From NCBI GenBank assembly GCA_021613535.1, contig CP075497.1:8246001-8310000 (forward strand): 64,000 bases of DNA, read 5' to 3'. The stretch is from Adineta vaga. Its lineage: Eukaryota > Animalia > Rotifera. Numbering within the stretch: the first letter of the stretch is position 1; every line of letters starts with the position of its first letter. Positions 39,857 through 53,869 of this stretch are shown one piece after another. Made by a program: the position numbers and the translations under genes. The notes below the pieces were generated by a model. It was not told where the DNA came from. It searched no databases and was given only the letters and a program-made list of their open reading frames with translations.

Positions 39857-42800
39857 AACCAGAATAAAAGAGATAGGGAGAGCAAGAAAGGTTTCATTCA
39901 ATGAATTTTCTTTCTCTCTCTCTCTCCCTTTCCTTTATCTCGATGTAATCGCACATCAATTAACAGATTTGTGTACGTGTGTCTCCTGAGAGTGTGTGTG
40001 TGTAGCAAGAGACATAAAGAATAGTCGGAATACAAGCAAGCAAGATTCTTTCGTCTTCAACTAGAATTCCCTGACCGACAATTATTAGAGACCGACAAAC
40101 ATACAATGCAGACCATCCGGAGATTTTACAATGACCGATGTTTCATATTTCACAGTTGACAAGCGCGCTCGAGAGAGAGAGACAGACAAAGAGACAGACA
40201 GAAGAGAAAAAGAAATACATTTCCATAATGGACAACGTTCGTTATTGTTGTGTTAATATTAAAAACGATTTCTTTTTTGAGATGATGGGGTGTGACACAT
40301 TTATAAATATATAAATATATATATATATATATTATATTATTCGATTATTGACAACGATGAGTGTTGAAATGCATTCGTAATGTCATCGTAATAAAACACC
40401 TTTCGTCTGTTTACATTCAAACATTTTGTGTGCATATGTGCTTGTATTCTTTATATATATATATATATATATGAACAATCCTTTTTCTTTACGAATAAGG
40501 TGTAGTTGTCTTTACATTCTGTTTGTATGATGTATTGACATTCGATCAAAAAATAAAGTTACGTGGTATTCAATCAAATATCTTTGAATTTCTCAATTTC
40601 TTTTTATTATAAGAAAAGGAAAACATAGAAGCAAGTGTTTTATATGTACATCATTCTCACAGGGCATAAATGCCATCATTTCTACATTTACTACACATAC
40701 AATCTTTTCTCTCTTCTTTCTCTTCCTCGTTTTCTTTTCTTTCGTCTTTTTTTATTTCGGTTTGTGTTATTATTACCCATGTTACTATACTTTCTCTTTC
40801 TCTACTCTTCGAGCCTTTCTCGTGTTGTCCATTGAATCATCATTATCATCATCATGATCATCAATCGATCGATTGATTTTAATCTTAATTCCAAATGTAT
40901 ATACAATCGACTAACATACTATCATTCGTCATTTTATTGTTATCGATGCTTTTTCTTCTGACTGTTGTCAAGCAGCAGTATCAATAATCGACGAGCTGTG
41001 AGACGATGGCGACGGCGTCCTGCATCCATCATCTCTTCAACTTCCCGCTTTTATCTCGTTTCTCACTCAACTCATTTAGCAGAGACTCGTTCGCTTGGCT
41101 TGCATACTTCATACCTCTTGACTAATAAAGAGAGGGAAAATAGAATAGAGAGTGAGAGAATGAGGAATGCCTCCAGATGTGTTCGCTGTTGGTTGTGGTA
41201 TCCGATCTAATTGAATTAGAGTGAGAATGCGCTTTTTTACATGATTATTATTCTTATTATTATCATCGATTTCAGATATATTTGAAAAAAACGATGTTGT
41301 CCGATTTAGGAGAGGATGAACTTCTACCAGAATCTTTAGCAATGCCAGTTTCCGCAAAAACAATGATGAATCTGAACAATACTAGTAAGTTTTGAAAAGA
41401 AAATGTCTCTTGATAAAGTGGACACATAGATATAGTGATGACAATTACGTTTTCTGTAATTTAACGCATGTCAGATGTGTATGTGTGTGTGTATATGAGA
41501 AATAACAACACTCACATATACACTCTAAAATTACCATCATTTGGATGCACGCTCGTTCGCGTTCGTTCGATCGATGTGTGTCTGCTAAACACTTTGACGC
41601 CCGGATTATCGTCATCATTAAGACAATCTTATTCATGTCTCCTGTAGAGAGTATTTATTGACGACTCTGCACGAAGTTTCCTTTCTTTCTTTTTCTTCGA
41701 TTGTATATCAAAGCTTACAATCGTTTCAAGACACATTTTGATTTATACTTGCTTGCGTAATATATATCGAACATATCTATGTACAACAAGAAAAAATAAA
41801 ACTAATTCTTTCGTTGAACTTTTCAATGAAATAATCATGTGAAGAAAACGAAATTGCAATGATAAAGAGATTAGGGATTGAATAAAATCCAATTGACCTT
41901 GGTCAAATAAAAGTTTCAAGTGCAATTTATTCTTCTCTTTTTTATTAGAGAGTTTTCTTTTACTTAATACTATAATTTGTCTTTGATCGCTCGTATATAC
42001 ATTGTCAATCAGAAAAATAACATCTGCCATTCTTATAATAGCCCGTTCTAGATGTTCTCCTCGTTGTATGTTGAGATATTGGTAGAAGAAAGTAATTAGC
42101 ATGATAGTCTAATTCAATTTTCTCGTTCTACTCACACTACTAATACTATTATTGCTTATCTTGATCGACCGACCCTATACATATGGATGGATTTGATTAA
42201 ACTCACATACACACATATTTTTAATGAATTTTTCACACTGATTGTTTTTCTCTCGTTCTCTCGATTGCCGTGTGTTCGCCAAACATATCTCTTACCGAAG
42301 AAAGAGAAGACATAGGAAGAATATCATTGCTTCCTTATCGTTTCTTTTGCTCGAAATGACAATACCTTTGGTCTTATTATTGCTATTCTTCTTCTTCTTT
42401 CTTGCTATTTTTCTTATATGTGAGAAGATAATCAAGTGTTGTTACAATATAAGGCAATAAACATATACAAAATATCAGCATATTTATAAGACTCATGGAT
42501 ATATACACGTAGTATCAAAAAGAAAACTTAGAACAAATAATGAATATCTTGATGATTTTAATTAGTTTGTTCAATTAAAGATGATTGCGAATCGAAAGCT
42601 TTTTCTCGTCCTTTTCGTTATTAATTCGGAGTTTTTTTTTGCTCATTTTTCATGCTCTGTCATACATATATACAAAAAGAACAGAATATACAATAACCGC
42701 GTCCTTTTTCTCTCTATTACATACCTATATACATATACATACACGTTCAAAGTTCGTTACTTTTTAAACAGACAAAAAAAAGAAACGACGCAAACTAGCG

Positions 42801-45133
42801 ACTAAGAAAATTCTTAAATGGTAAAAGCAAGTCGTAATATATTTCATGAACGGATAGTTACTACAGCAGCAGGTAAGCAAGCAAAACAATATTGCATTAT
42901 ATAACAAAACTATGTCCACTAAAAGCTTTTTAAACTACGAAATCGATAATCACTTTTCGACCACTAAAAAAGTCAACACTCTTGACACTCAGTCTGACGA
43001 GATTTTTCTTCTCTCTTTCTCTCCCCCTTCTCTTATTCTTACTCAATGCTTTTATCCATCAATCCATTAGCAGTTTGTGCTTTTTTAATAATGACAATCG
43101 ATTCTGCGTTTTTCCTTTATGACAAACGGCGAACGACATTATGTTGTCAATTAAAAAAAAGAAAAAAAAAGCGAGCACTTTCTGCTGTTAGTTCTCGTCT
43201 ATCCGAAGAGAAAGTAGAGTGAGAATTGAAAGTAGAAAGTGAAAGGAAGAAACGACGAGATTGCATACTTGACAAATCAATTTTGATGATTAGAAAGCAA
43301 AATAGACTTGACTGACAATGAAACAATACCACTAGTAAGTTTAAAAAATTGACAATTTTCTTTTTATTTCTAATAAATGACTTCATACATAAAATGACTT
43401 GCATCACTCTCTGTACACATATGTTTAGCTAATTTGAATTGTCATTAGAGAAATAGACACCGAACAAGTTCGTTTTTTCTCTCTTCTCTCTTTTTTTCAA
43501 TTCAAATTTTTTCCTGTGTCGCGCATTCCCTCTCTCTCTCTTTCTCATTGCTTGCCCTCGTCCGGCCATCATACATAGAAACTCGAAGACTATATCTCTT
43601 CTTCTTCTTCAATTCATTAATTGACGACGTCTATTTATAATATGGTGGAGAATAGAAAAAGAGAATCGTAGTGTTGTTGGTTAGTGCTTGTATGATGATG
43701 ATGATGATGATGAAGATGGTGAAGAAAATAGAAAAGGGAAGAGAAGAGAAGAGAAGAAGCAGAGAGAGAGAGAGAGAGGAGAGCGAAGAAAAGAATGAGA
43801 CCAAGTTTTGTTCCTCTGCACAAACGAGACGAGACGAGAGCGAACACATAGCCCAGTCAGCTTGACAGAATATCATGTGCACATATGTATTAAGGTATTG
43901 AATGAATTTCGATGTATCTTCACAACGACAATAGTCATTTATTGGAATCAACATTCTATAAACAATATTGACAGAAATATTTTATCTATTATTGTTATTC
44001 ATCAATTTTTGTAAAATTATTATGCGTACAGGTAGATTTTTCTAGACAAAAGAGTGAGTAAGACAGAAGTTAATGAAAATTTGACGTGGAAAAGGATATT
44101 TATATGAAGGAAACAATATAAATTTAATTTATTCTATTTGTTTCAAGCGATCTAGAAATAACAAAAGAAAATTGCAATTACTTTTAATAGAAATTTTAAT
44201 TCTATTTTTCTTTCATCATCATTTATCAGTTAATATTAACGGATAAATATTAATTTTTTTTCTTCTCTTAGTTCTCTGTCATTCTATATATATATTCTAT
44301 TCCATCGAGACAAACTTCATTATAAGAATGGAAAGAAAATATGATCTATCTAGCGACGAATGAGATATAGAATAGTTTTATTTAGAAATAGATTAGATTT
44401 TATAAATCGAACATTATTTAATTTTGATAATTCTTTTTTCTTTCGTTAATTGATTATCTATTAGTAAGAGATAGAAAATATTCGCTTTTTTTTAATTGGA
44501 AAAAGAAATAGTCATGTCAATCATTATTTGCAACTATTTAACGAGATGTATTCATGATATGTTCTTTGTTATTCCTTCGCTTTTTTGACACCTGCTCTAT
44601 CTACTATAGACTGAAAGCTCGTATAATTACAATAATTGTTCAGACAATTAGTCAATAAAATGAATATTCTGTTCGGTTTTACTGTTTGATACAGTTGGTA
44701 ATGATGTTGTTACTTCATGTGTTCATCTTGTGTAACCATCATCATCACTCTGATAATGATTTTTTTTTCTTCTTCTGTTCTGATCACATTTATTAAGCTC
44801 TTCTCTCTTTTCTTTTTCTCCCTTGTCTACATGTGTCAAGTAAAAATAGAGAATCTATTCTCCCATCTCTCGTTCATACACATGCACAATCGCCATCGAT
44901 CATCGTCTCGTAATTGGAAAATAAATTGAAATCGAGATGTAGTAGTCGTAGTAATAGGACGAGGTACATGAATATTGATTACCCTATCTTTATTCGTTCT
45001 TCTTTTTCTTTTCTAGGCAATAGTAATAGTACTGGTGGCTCAGTTGTATTAATGCAGCCTAAACTTGAACCACAACCGGTTGTCTTCGACCAACAACAAC
45101 AACAGCAGCAGCAAACAACAACAACAGTCGAAA

Positions 45134-46321
45134 ATGGCACCTATTATATCTCGTTTTGATTCACATCAACAGTGCTCAACCAATGGTAGTGCATATACTT
45201 GTTCAAATTGTACTCAACCAATTCATGAACGTTACTTATTATATACTCAAGATCGTTTATGTCGTGGAAATTATTGGCATATGCAATGTTTGCGTTGTCA
45301 GTGTTGTGATGCAGTTTTAGCCGATATATCGTCAACATTTTATACCAAAGATAATGCCCTACTTTGCAAGTCTGATTATATTAAGTAAGAACGAAAGCTT
45401 TCGATTTTGTCATAATATTATTGTTATTGTCGTTAAAGAAAGAACGGGCTTCGTAGAAACAAGACATGTTTAATAAGTCAGCAATCAGAAAAAGGATTCT
45501 TTCTTCGTTTCAAATGAATACAATTGAACGTGCTCCTCCCCCGTCTTCTTCCTACATCAACATATACGAGAGAAAGAGAGAAAGCGAGAAAATATTTAAA
45601 GTAGTCTTCATTGTTACTAATAGAGAAAAAAAAAGATTTTTTTTTCAATTAAAAGAAACCTTATTCATCAAATTTTCATTATTTTAATTATCTTTACATG
45701 AAACTTATAAATTTATTCACACATATGATTCTAATTAATAATAAATTATCTTTAATATTTTCTAGACGATATGGTAGTCGTCCATGTTCATTATGTAGTC
45801 AAGTTATTGGACCAAATGAACAAGTTATGCGTGTTAGTCCAAATTATGTTTATCATCTTCATTGTTTTACTTGTGTTAAATGTCATGCACGTTTAGTTAA
45901 AGGTGATCGTTACGTTTTTTTCAATGGACAATTATATTGCGAAAAAGATAATCCACTTAAATCGTCTACAAATACGAGTAATAGTCCCGTATCAAAACGT
46001 GGAACTACTAGTAAACGTGGCGCAAAAGCAGCAACGGCTGCAGCATCACGTGCTGCTGCTGCTGCGGCAGCCGCTGCTGCTCAGGCACAACAACAGCAGC
46101 AACAAACTTTCATAACGCCATCGACACCTCTACATCATCAATATCATTCTTCACCACATACAGGACACTTAACATTATTAAATAATCATCATATGCATTC
46201 GTCACCATCGCCATCAACAAGTACAATCACGCATTCATTGCTCAATAATACTACTAATAATAATACGAATAGCAACGGTTTATCATCATTGGCGACACCA
46301 ACTGGTGATGAATTGTGTTAA
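45134..46321 (+). CDS. LMO4: LIM-domain-only protein, LMO4-like (exons 45134-45385 and ~45766-46321, possible longer N-terminus)
   Basis: Two LIM domains (CSNCTQPIHERYLLY...WHMQCLRCQCC...LCKSDY and CSLCSQVIGPNEQVMR...YHLHCFTCVKC...GDRY..NGQLYCEKD). No homeodomain. The tail is rich in Ala, Gln and His. Confidence 0.88.
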
Positions 46322-47248
46322 AGAATATCTTCTTTTCTCCTTTTCTTTTCTTTGTTTATTTTTTGTTTTCATTCGTTTGTGTTGTGGATATAGAGAATGA
46401 ATCCTTGTCTTTTTCTATGCACAATTGTTGCCTATTTGTTTATTACATTTCTCTTTCTCCTGTGTTTATATCTTTTCTAATTGTTGGAAGAGAGAAAAAA
46501 CGAAAAATATATATATTAAAAAAGAAACAAAGATTCCGATTCTTCCATACAAGATTAGTAACACTGACGAAGAATAATTTGTTCTTTCATCTGAATATAA
46601 TATCTATATAATCAGATAATTATAATTATAATTATATACATAAAAATAATTCTATTCATTATATGAAAAACTGTCATTTTGACGTTCTTTTTTCTTTTCC
46701 TTTCCTGTTTATCTTTATTATTTATTCTATTTTAACCGAACTATTTTCATTCTATGACATTGTTAATTATTCCTATTCTTATTCAATCGATTCTAAATGT
46801 ATATTTTTATTCTGAATAGCAAGATCAAAGGATTAGTTTCATCGTGGACAACTGTTCATAGAGTGATTTTTCATTGTTTTGTTAAATCTAATCGACAATC
46901 ATAGTAGACATGAAATAATTTAATTAAATTTCAGATTGTTATTATGAAAATGTAATTAACTTTCTATTTTAATACAAAAAAAGAGACGGAAAATCTTGCC
47001 TGATCTCTCACACAAAGTTACACAATCTAAAGGAAAAAGATTTTTCCATATGGTAATAACAGACACATTTGCATAGTGTCATTTCCGACGTTTTTTTTTC
47101 TTGATTTGCATAAAGAAATCAATTAATTTTACCTGGAATGGATTATTAAAAGGAATGCCGATGATTTATTTTGTTACGAAAGGGAGAAAAGAAGATCATG
47201 AAGATTTTTTATTGATAAAATCAAATGTCTTTAAATGAAAAGATATTT

Positions 47249-47779
47249 TCAAGCTTTGGCAGCACGATCTTCTTCTTGAGCTTTAATCAAGTCATCATGA
47301 ATGTTTCGGGCCTCTTCATATTCTTTCGATTGTTTCAATGTTTCATCATTACCAGCAGCATTCTATAAGAAGAAGAAAAAACCGACACTCTGATTGTGAA
47401 GAGAAACATTTTTTATGAGAAATATTTACATAGACATCTTGAAAACCTTGCCAAGCTTTAAGAAAACTACTTTTTGTATGTGATATCATTGATTCCGTTT
47501 CTTTCAATACTTCTTGCTGAAAAAGAAATCATTTTGATATTTAATTGTGAATAATTTCGTTTTCTCATACCGCTTTTCTAAGATCATATTCATCACGACC
47601 TTCATTTGTCATTTTTTCTACTTTACGCTTTTCATTATCATACTCTTTTTTGTATGATAAATATTCTTTCCATGTTCTAGAGAAGAGAAAAAGCAAGAAT
47701 TATTCAACATATCCTTTAGTGTTCTTTACCGTTTAGCAATACCAGTTTTGATTTTCAGATCTTTTAATTTGTCAGTCAT
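47249..47779 (-). CDS. TBCA: Tubulin-specific chaperone A (4 short exons, missed by the ORF track)
   Basis: Spliced translation: MTDKLKDLKIKTGIAKRTWKEYLSYKKEYDNEKRKVEKMTNEGRDEYDLRKAQEVLKETESMI...SKEYEEAR...AAKA*. The KIKTGxxKR, DEYDxxK and EYxEA motifs are characteristic of TBCA. Confidence 0.92.
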
Positions 47780-47927
47780 TATTTATCGAGTTAATGTTAT
47801 CTAAAATAAATTAACATAAAAAATTACGTATTAAATTATTGCACAACTAAAACAACAATCATTCAACAAAAAAACAAAATCAAATATAGGTATAGAAAAC
47901 ATTCACGCAACATTAAAATAAACTAAT

Positions 47928-50900
47928 TTATGATATTGCAGATATTACTTGTTGAATATCTTTGAGTAACATGGTTGCAAGAACAATACGATCGGAATTT
48001 ATTGTAAAATTTATTGCTGATTGAGGAACATTTAATTGAATGGTGATGAGAACCAAAGCTTTACTTGAAATAGTTTGACCGGAAAATCTAAATATTAAAA
48101 AATAGTATTGCATATATGTACTCGTTGCTAAGACTTTTCACGGATAAAGACTTGAATATCGGAAAAGAAAGTGTTAGCGAGCATGAAATTAATTTTAGAG
48201 ACACGTATCAGAAATTAGACTATGGAAAAAGTTCTAATCCTTTCTCTGGTCTCTGAGATTTAGAAGTGAAAGAGTTCGGACGGACAAAAAAAAGGAATTG
48301 AACTAGTGAATATGCTTTTCTAGTCTCAAGAAAACAAATTTGACTCTACCTGTATATTGTATAATCACCAGAACTTGAAGGAACTGACGAAACATTTGCA
48401 CATTGAATTATTTTTGCTTGAATATTTGTAAAATTAAATTTTGATATTTGTGTTTCATTAACATTCAGATTTCCCGTTATTTCATGCATACCACGAAGAC
48501 GAGCTAAAGTATATCGAAAAATGAATTTTTACTATTCTCATTTCTAACCTTTCAATTCACCTATATTTTGATTAAAGTCTTGTTCATTTAGAAATTTTTG
48601 TTCGAAAAGTTCGCCAACATGACATGGTATTGATATTGATGTACCTAGTTGTCTTCCATCGATAGATATATCAAATAAAGCAACTTGTGTGGTATCATTA
48701 AAATCAACACCAATCGATGTAACAATCGATGCACTACTTGGTAATGTATCAATATTATTGAAGCCTTGGATATTTACACCGGATTTCTAAAGCGACAAAG
48801 ATTTTTATAAAGATGAAATTAACAAAAAAAGAAAGAATACGAACTGATTTAATGAATTTAATCGATTGAATATCTTGATTTGTTGTTGTGTTAGTGATTA
48901 TCAATTCAATATGAACCATATTTGTTGCACGCGGAAACGGTTGACGTGGAAAACGATATTGAATTTGTAAACCTTGACCTGTAATACGATTTAAACATTC
49001 GTATTGTCGAGTATAAGTAAGAGTTGAAGATGTCTAAAGAGAATTTTTTATTAGAAGAACCGAATTATCAATCAAGATGTATTTACAGATAATGATTCTA
49101 AATTGTGTAAATCATTTGAAATATTTGTCTTTGTTGTTGTTGTTGGAACAGTAACAGTTGGTGCTGATGTTATACCAAGAAATGATTCGACTAGATGAAA
49201 ACAATTTAGAAAATATTTTCTTGAAAATAGTAACGAACGTACAATCATCTTCTAAAAGGGATTTTTCTGTTGTAGTCATAGGATAGTTATTGATTGCAGT
49301 CGTTGATGGTGATTTATCAAATGTTGTAGTATGCTTTTTAATTGTCTAGAATTTTACAAAAGGGCTTTAAAGATGAAAAATTAATATAGACAATCGTTAC
49401 TTGTTCATCATCGGTTGATTCTTCTAATCCACTTTTTTCTTCTTCCTCTTCAGATTCTTCTTCTTCTTCTTCTTCTTCCTCCTCCTCACTGCTTTCGTCA
49501 TTCGGACCTGAACTTTTGACAACAGTTGGTGATCGTGCATCCAATTGTTCATATTCACTGGATTTCTTAATATTTTTTATCGATTTATCATTGTCATCAT
49601 CATCTTCTTCTTCTTCATCTTCATCCTCTTCTTCTTCTTCTTCTTCATCATCATCATCTTCTTCATTTTCGTCTTCATCTTCGTCTTCGTCTTCATTATC
49701 ATCAGGTCCTTCCGTTGAGGTATCATCTTCATCTTCCTCATCTGAATAAAATTTTTCACTTGCACCAGCCTTCTTCTTTCGGCCAGAAGCTCCTTTGACA
49801 GCTGCGCCTGATTTTCCCAACGACTCTTCATACGATGTTGGTGTACGTACGATTTCAACATCTCGAATTGTTGAATCCAATGGTTCAAGTGAAAAATCCG
49901 GCAAATCTTTATAACCTGCTGCTGGCTGACCGATAATATATGATAATGTCCCTAATGTATATTGATCATGATCTACAAAGTAAATAATGTCAAAAATAAT
50001 ACTTTCTTTGAACTATAAAATGAATTTACTTTGAACAATTGATTCGAGTAATGGTGCTGGTTTTGATGCAAGTAATATCTTTTTTGCATGTTTATTTAAT
50101 GCTGGACATTTATCCGCTTGAAATAATAGAGCTCTATGAAGGATACACTTTATCCAAATTAGTACTAAAAAATATGAACTCACCGAAGAAGTCGTGCTTT
50201 ATCACGTGTATCATAATTTGTATCGTATTTAGCTAAACTAAATACATATTGTACGAGTAGATGTGTTTGTTTTGGATTCATCACATAGAGTTTAGCAGCT
50301 AAATTTAGAATCTGTTGTTTTACTACTGTTTCCTAAAAGCAAATATATTGTAGTTCATTATTCAAAAGAAGTTTCTTAGACAAATAAAACGAACTTCATC
50401 AGGAAACGTTTTTGCCATTTTTCTTAGAACATCTGGTGCTAATTTCTTAATCCGATCAGAATATTCACCAATGAGCCAAAGAATTGATGCTCGTGCTGCT
50501 GGAACTGTTACTGTATCAATCTTTCGAACAATATGTTTAATAATATCACCATATTGTGCGGGCTATAGAATAACAAAAAAACACATATGAAAGTATTTGA
50601 TAAAAATCAGTAATATTTTTACATTGATTTGTAATAATTTCTTCACAACAACGACACTTTCTGCAACGATTGTTTCGTCTTTTTTCGATATATATCCCAC
50701 AAGACCATTCAAACAAGCTTCAGTTACTTCAGGAATTGTGCTTGCACATCGTCCAATTGCATGAATAGTTTGTGCAGCAAATTCTTTATCTGGACTTAGA
50801 ACATAAGTCTAAAAACAAACATGCTTTACCAAAGATTATATCATTAATCTTGATTTTCTTACCTGAAGTTCTCGAAGAATCGTGGAAATATTTGAAGCAT

Positions 50901-52766
50901 TAGCTAATATAGTTAAAATTTCAAGTTTATGTCGTTTCACATGTCTATTATCATCTGAATGAACATAGAATGATTTTAAGTACGGTCCAAAGATTTCTTT
51001 ATGTTTATCAGCTATTGATACAATACATTTGAGAACAATAGTTTGAATTTCACTAAATAGAATAGTACAAAATATGATACTAAATTAAGAAGAAAAAACA
51101 ACTAAACAGTTTTACCGATGATGACGAAGTAAACGAATGAGTGATTTAGCAACAATATCAACTTCACGACGAGGTGCAACATAGTAATACAATTGTGCAA
51201 CTGCCATAACAACCTTAAACAAAAATTGACATATATATATATATATATATCTAAGAGGTAAATGTATTCGTCAAATTCTAAATAGTTATTATTGAGTTGC
51301 TATGATGACTCAACAATGCATCATCGATGTGTCATAATCATACTTCTTAGAAACATGTTTGTTCGATATTGATGACTATAGAAAAACATACAATGTTTTG
51401 TTTACAAATGTACGTAACTTGAAAATTTTCTTTGTATCAGACTCTGTACTTACAGCTGAATTTCTATTCTGTAGTAATGGTTTTGTACATCTTAATAACA
51501 ATCGATGATCACTATCCATAATATATGTTCGTTTATTCAATGCATCATCATCTTCATCATTTTCATCTTTTTCTTGGCCACTTTTCTCATCATCATAGAA
51601 ACTGCTTTTTTCATTTTCACAAGTCTATAAAAATTCGGAAACATTCAACATGAATTTCATTTCTATTCGAATATCTTACCTTATTCGGATCAACAAATTG
51701 AGATCGTGCATATCTTGTTAACATTTGCAAAACAGTTAATTGTCCCCATTCATCAATATCAACAATAAGATTACATAAACGTCGATAATTTTTATGTATT
51801 AAATCAATTCTATCTGGACACACATGTTCAAATGCTTGTACAGCGCTACCATTCACTAACTATACAAATCAAACAAATATATATATATACTTCTATCTCT
51901 CTTCATTGACCTACAATTGTTTTGTCTGCTAATAATTTCGTAATGATTAAAATTAGTTCATCTTTCAATTCGGGATCCAAACTAAATTTTAACAATACCA
52001 ATTAATCAGAACAGTAAAATTAAAAAAAAAACAACATACGCATATAATTTTGCTATGGCATTAGCAGCCGTTTTTCGAACATAAGGTGACATATCATTCG
52101 CTGCATCACGAATTGCAAGCATCATAATTGTAGTAATCGATGGTACACGAATACTGGATAAAACACGAAGTGCACTTGCACGAATTAATTGATTAGGCTC
52201 CTAATATTACAAATAAGAATATGGTTTTAACTTTTTGAATTTCTCTTACTTTTAATCCACGTTGAAATGTTGCGATAGAAAGTAAGGCAAGATCTTGTTG
52301 TTCTTCAGCATAACGCATTAAATAAACATAAACAAGTTTTTTAATTTCCATATTTTTTGAAACAACATTTTTAACAACAGCTGGAAATAGATCAGCTGCA
52401 TCTTTTCCTTTGGCAATCATCTAAATACATTAGATAACAAAACTTTGTTTGTATTTTTATGTACTCAAAAATTCTTACGCCAATTACTCGACGCATCGCA
52501 TCTAATTTCAAATTATCTTTATTACTATCCAGCATTTGTTTTATATCTTCATGTCTTCAATAGAAAAGATGAATTGAAAGTATAGAAATAATGTATAGGT
52601 GATTTTACTTTTTATAATCAATTGCAAAGATGCTTAATGCTGATGCTGGCTCAGGTTGTTCATCAGATGGACTTGGTCCACCTCCTGGTGTTCCTGAAGA
52701 AAATCCAGTTGCTCCTTGCATATTCATTGATGACGATGTTGACATCGATCGTTCGCTAAAACTCAT
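47928..52766 (-). CDS. AP3B1: AP-3 complex subunit beta, multi-exon
   Basis: [81 protein letters not shown] and YDTRDKAR, followed by an acidic hinge and a C-terminal ear domain. Confidence 0.95.
49400..49745 (-). repeat. Asp/Glu-encoding trinucleotide low-complexity tract (AP-3 beta hinge)
   Basis: (TCT/TCA/TCG)n on the + strand reads (GAA/GAT/GAC)n in the AP3B frame. Confidence 0.85.
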
Positions 52767-53869
52767 ATTTAACTTAGATATCACTGGCGACTTTCGATAA
52801 AGAGAGAGACTGATGATTATAAGCAGAGAAGAGAAAAAAAGTAAGAATTTTATTTAAGAGAAAAAGAATGAATCATTTAATAAATATGCACACACAGAAA
52901 CCACATCCACCAATAAAAAGTAAAGAATAAAAGATGTCGATCCTGAACAGATCTACCTGGTTTTGCTAGTTTATGTTCATTAATTTAGTATCAACGGAAT
53001 CTTTCTTTTAATAACAAATACAATATGAACATATACGATTGTTGATATACTGTTTAAAGCGACTTGCTTTGAGATTAAACAAATGTTAGAGATATATATT
53101 CTTTTCTATATAGTAAAAGTTTTGCTTAAAATTTCAATGATCATTTATCAGTGTGAAGACTATTCTTTTTCGGGTTTTTTTTTGTAAGTTATCAGTATTA
53201 TGATGTTTTAAAAAAAAACCGATTTGATCGGTATACATCAGTAAAAGAAGGCCAGGCTCATACATAGGAACAAAATCGACGACGGTTCCGCTTCAAAGCA
53301 TCGTTATTTCTTTCTTTCTTTCTCTATTTCTCATTACGAAAGCTAAGAACAAGGCAAATATATATCCATTGAATGATTCAATCGTATAAATGAATTATAA
53401 ACAAAAGACTAACACCTTTTTCAAATCGATAGATTAGTCAAAAATACTGCTCTTTTCTTTCTTATTATAAACAGAATGATAAACCGGGGACAAAAAAAGA
53501 AGAATGTGTTCGAAGGCAATGATGATTGTTGAAAAAATGTGATAATAATGCAAATATATATGTGTGTGTATGTACAGGTATTTCGGCAACCTTCACGGTC
53601 GTGTTTCTTCCTTTTTTTCCTATACTCGCATACGTTTCTCTTGTCATGCTCATTTGCTTCTCTTTTTTTCTCTCAATTTTTTTTCGTGTATCTTTTTTTT
53701 CTCGTATCGTCGTTCTTGTCGCTTCTTTTGGCCGCCACGATCATGATGGTAATCGATGGGACAAATAAGACGAAAACGAAAGGCGCGACCACCATCATCA
53801 GACTAGTCCCAATATACTGAGGTCGGCGACAGTTTATTTTAATACTTAGAAAAAAACGAATCCCAATAA

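Noticed and set aside
39000-44000. Many 60-120 aa ORFs rich in Phe, Leu, Ser and His
   Set aside because: These are low-complexity translations of CT/GA/AT microsatellite-rich regulatory DNA, without domains or consistent splice structure.
49516-49888. Poly-Ser ORF (+) and Met/Lys-rich ORF (-)
   Set aside because: These are antisense and off-frame shadows of the AP3B acidic hinge.
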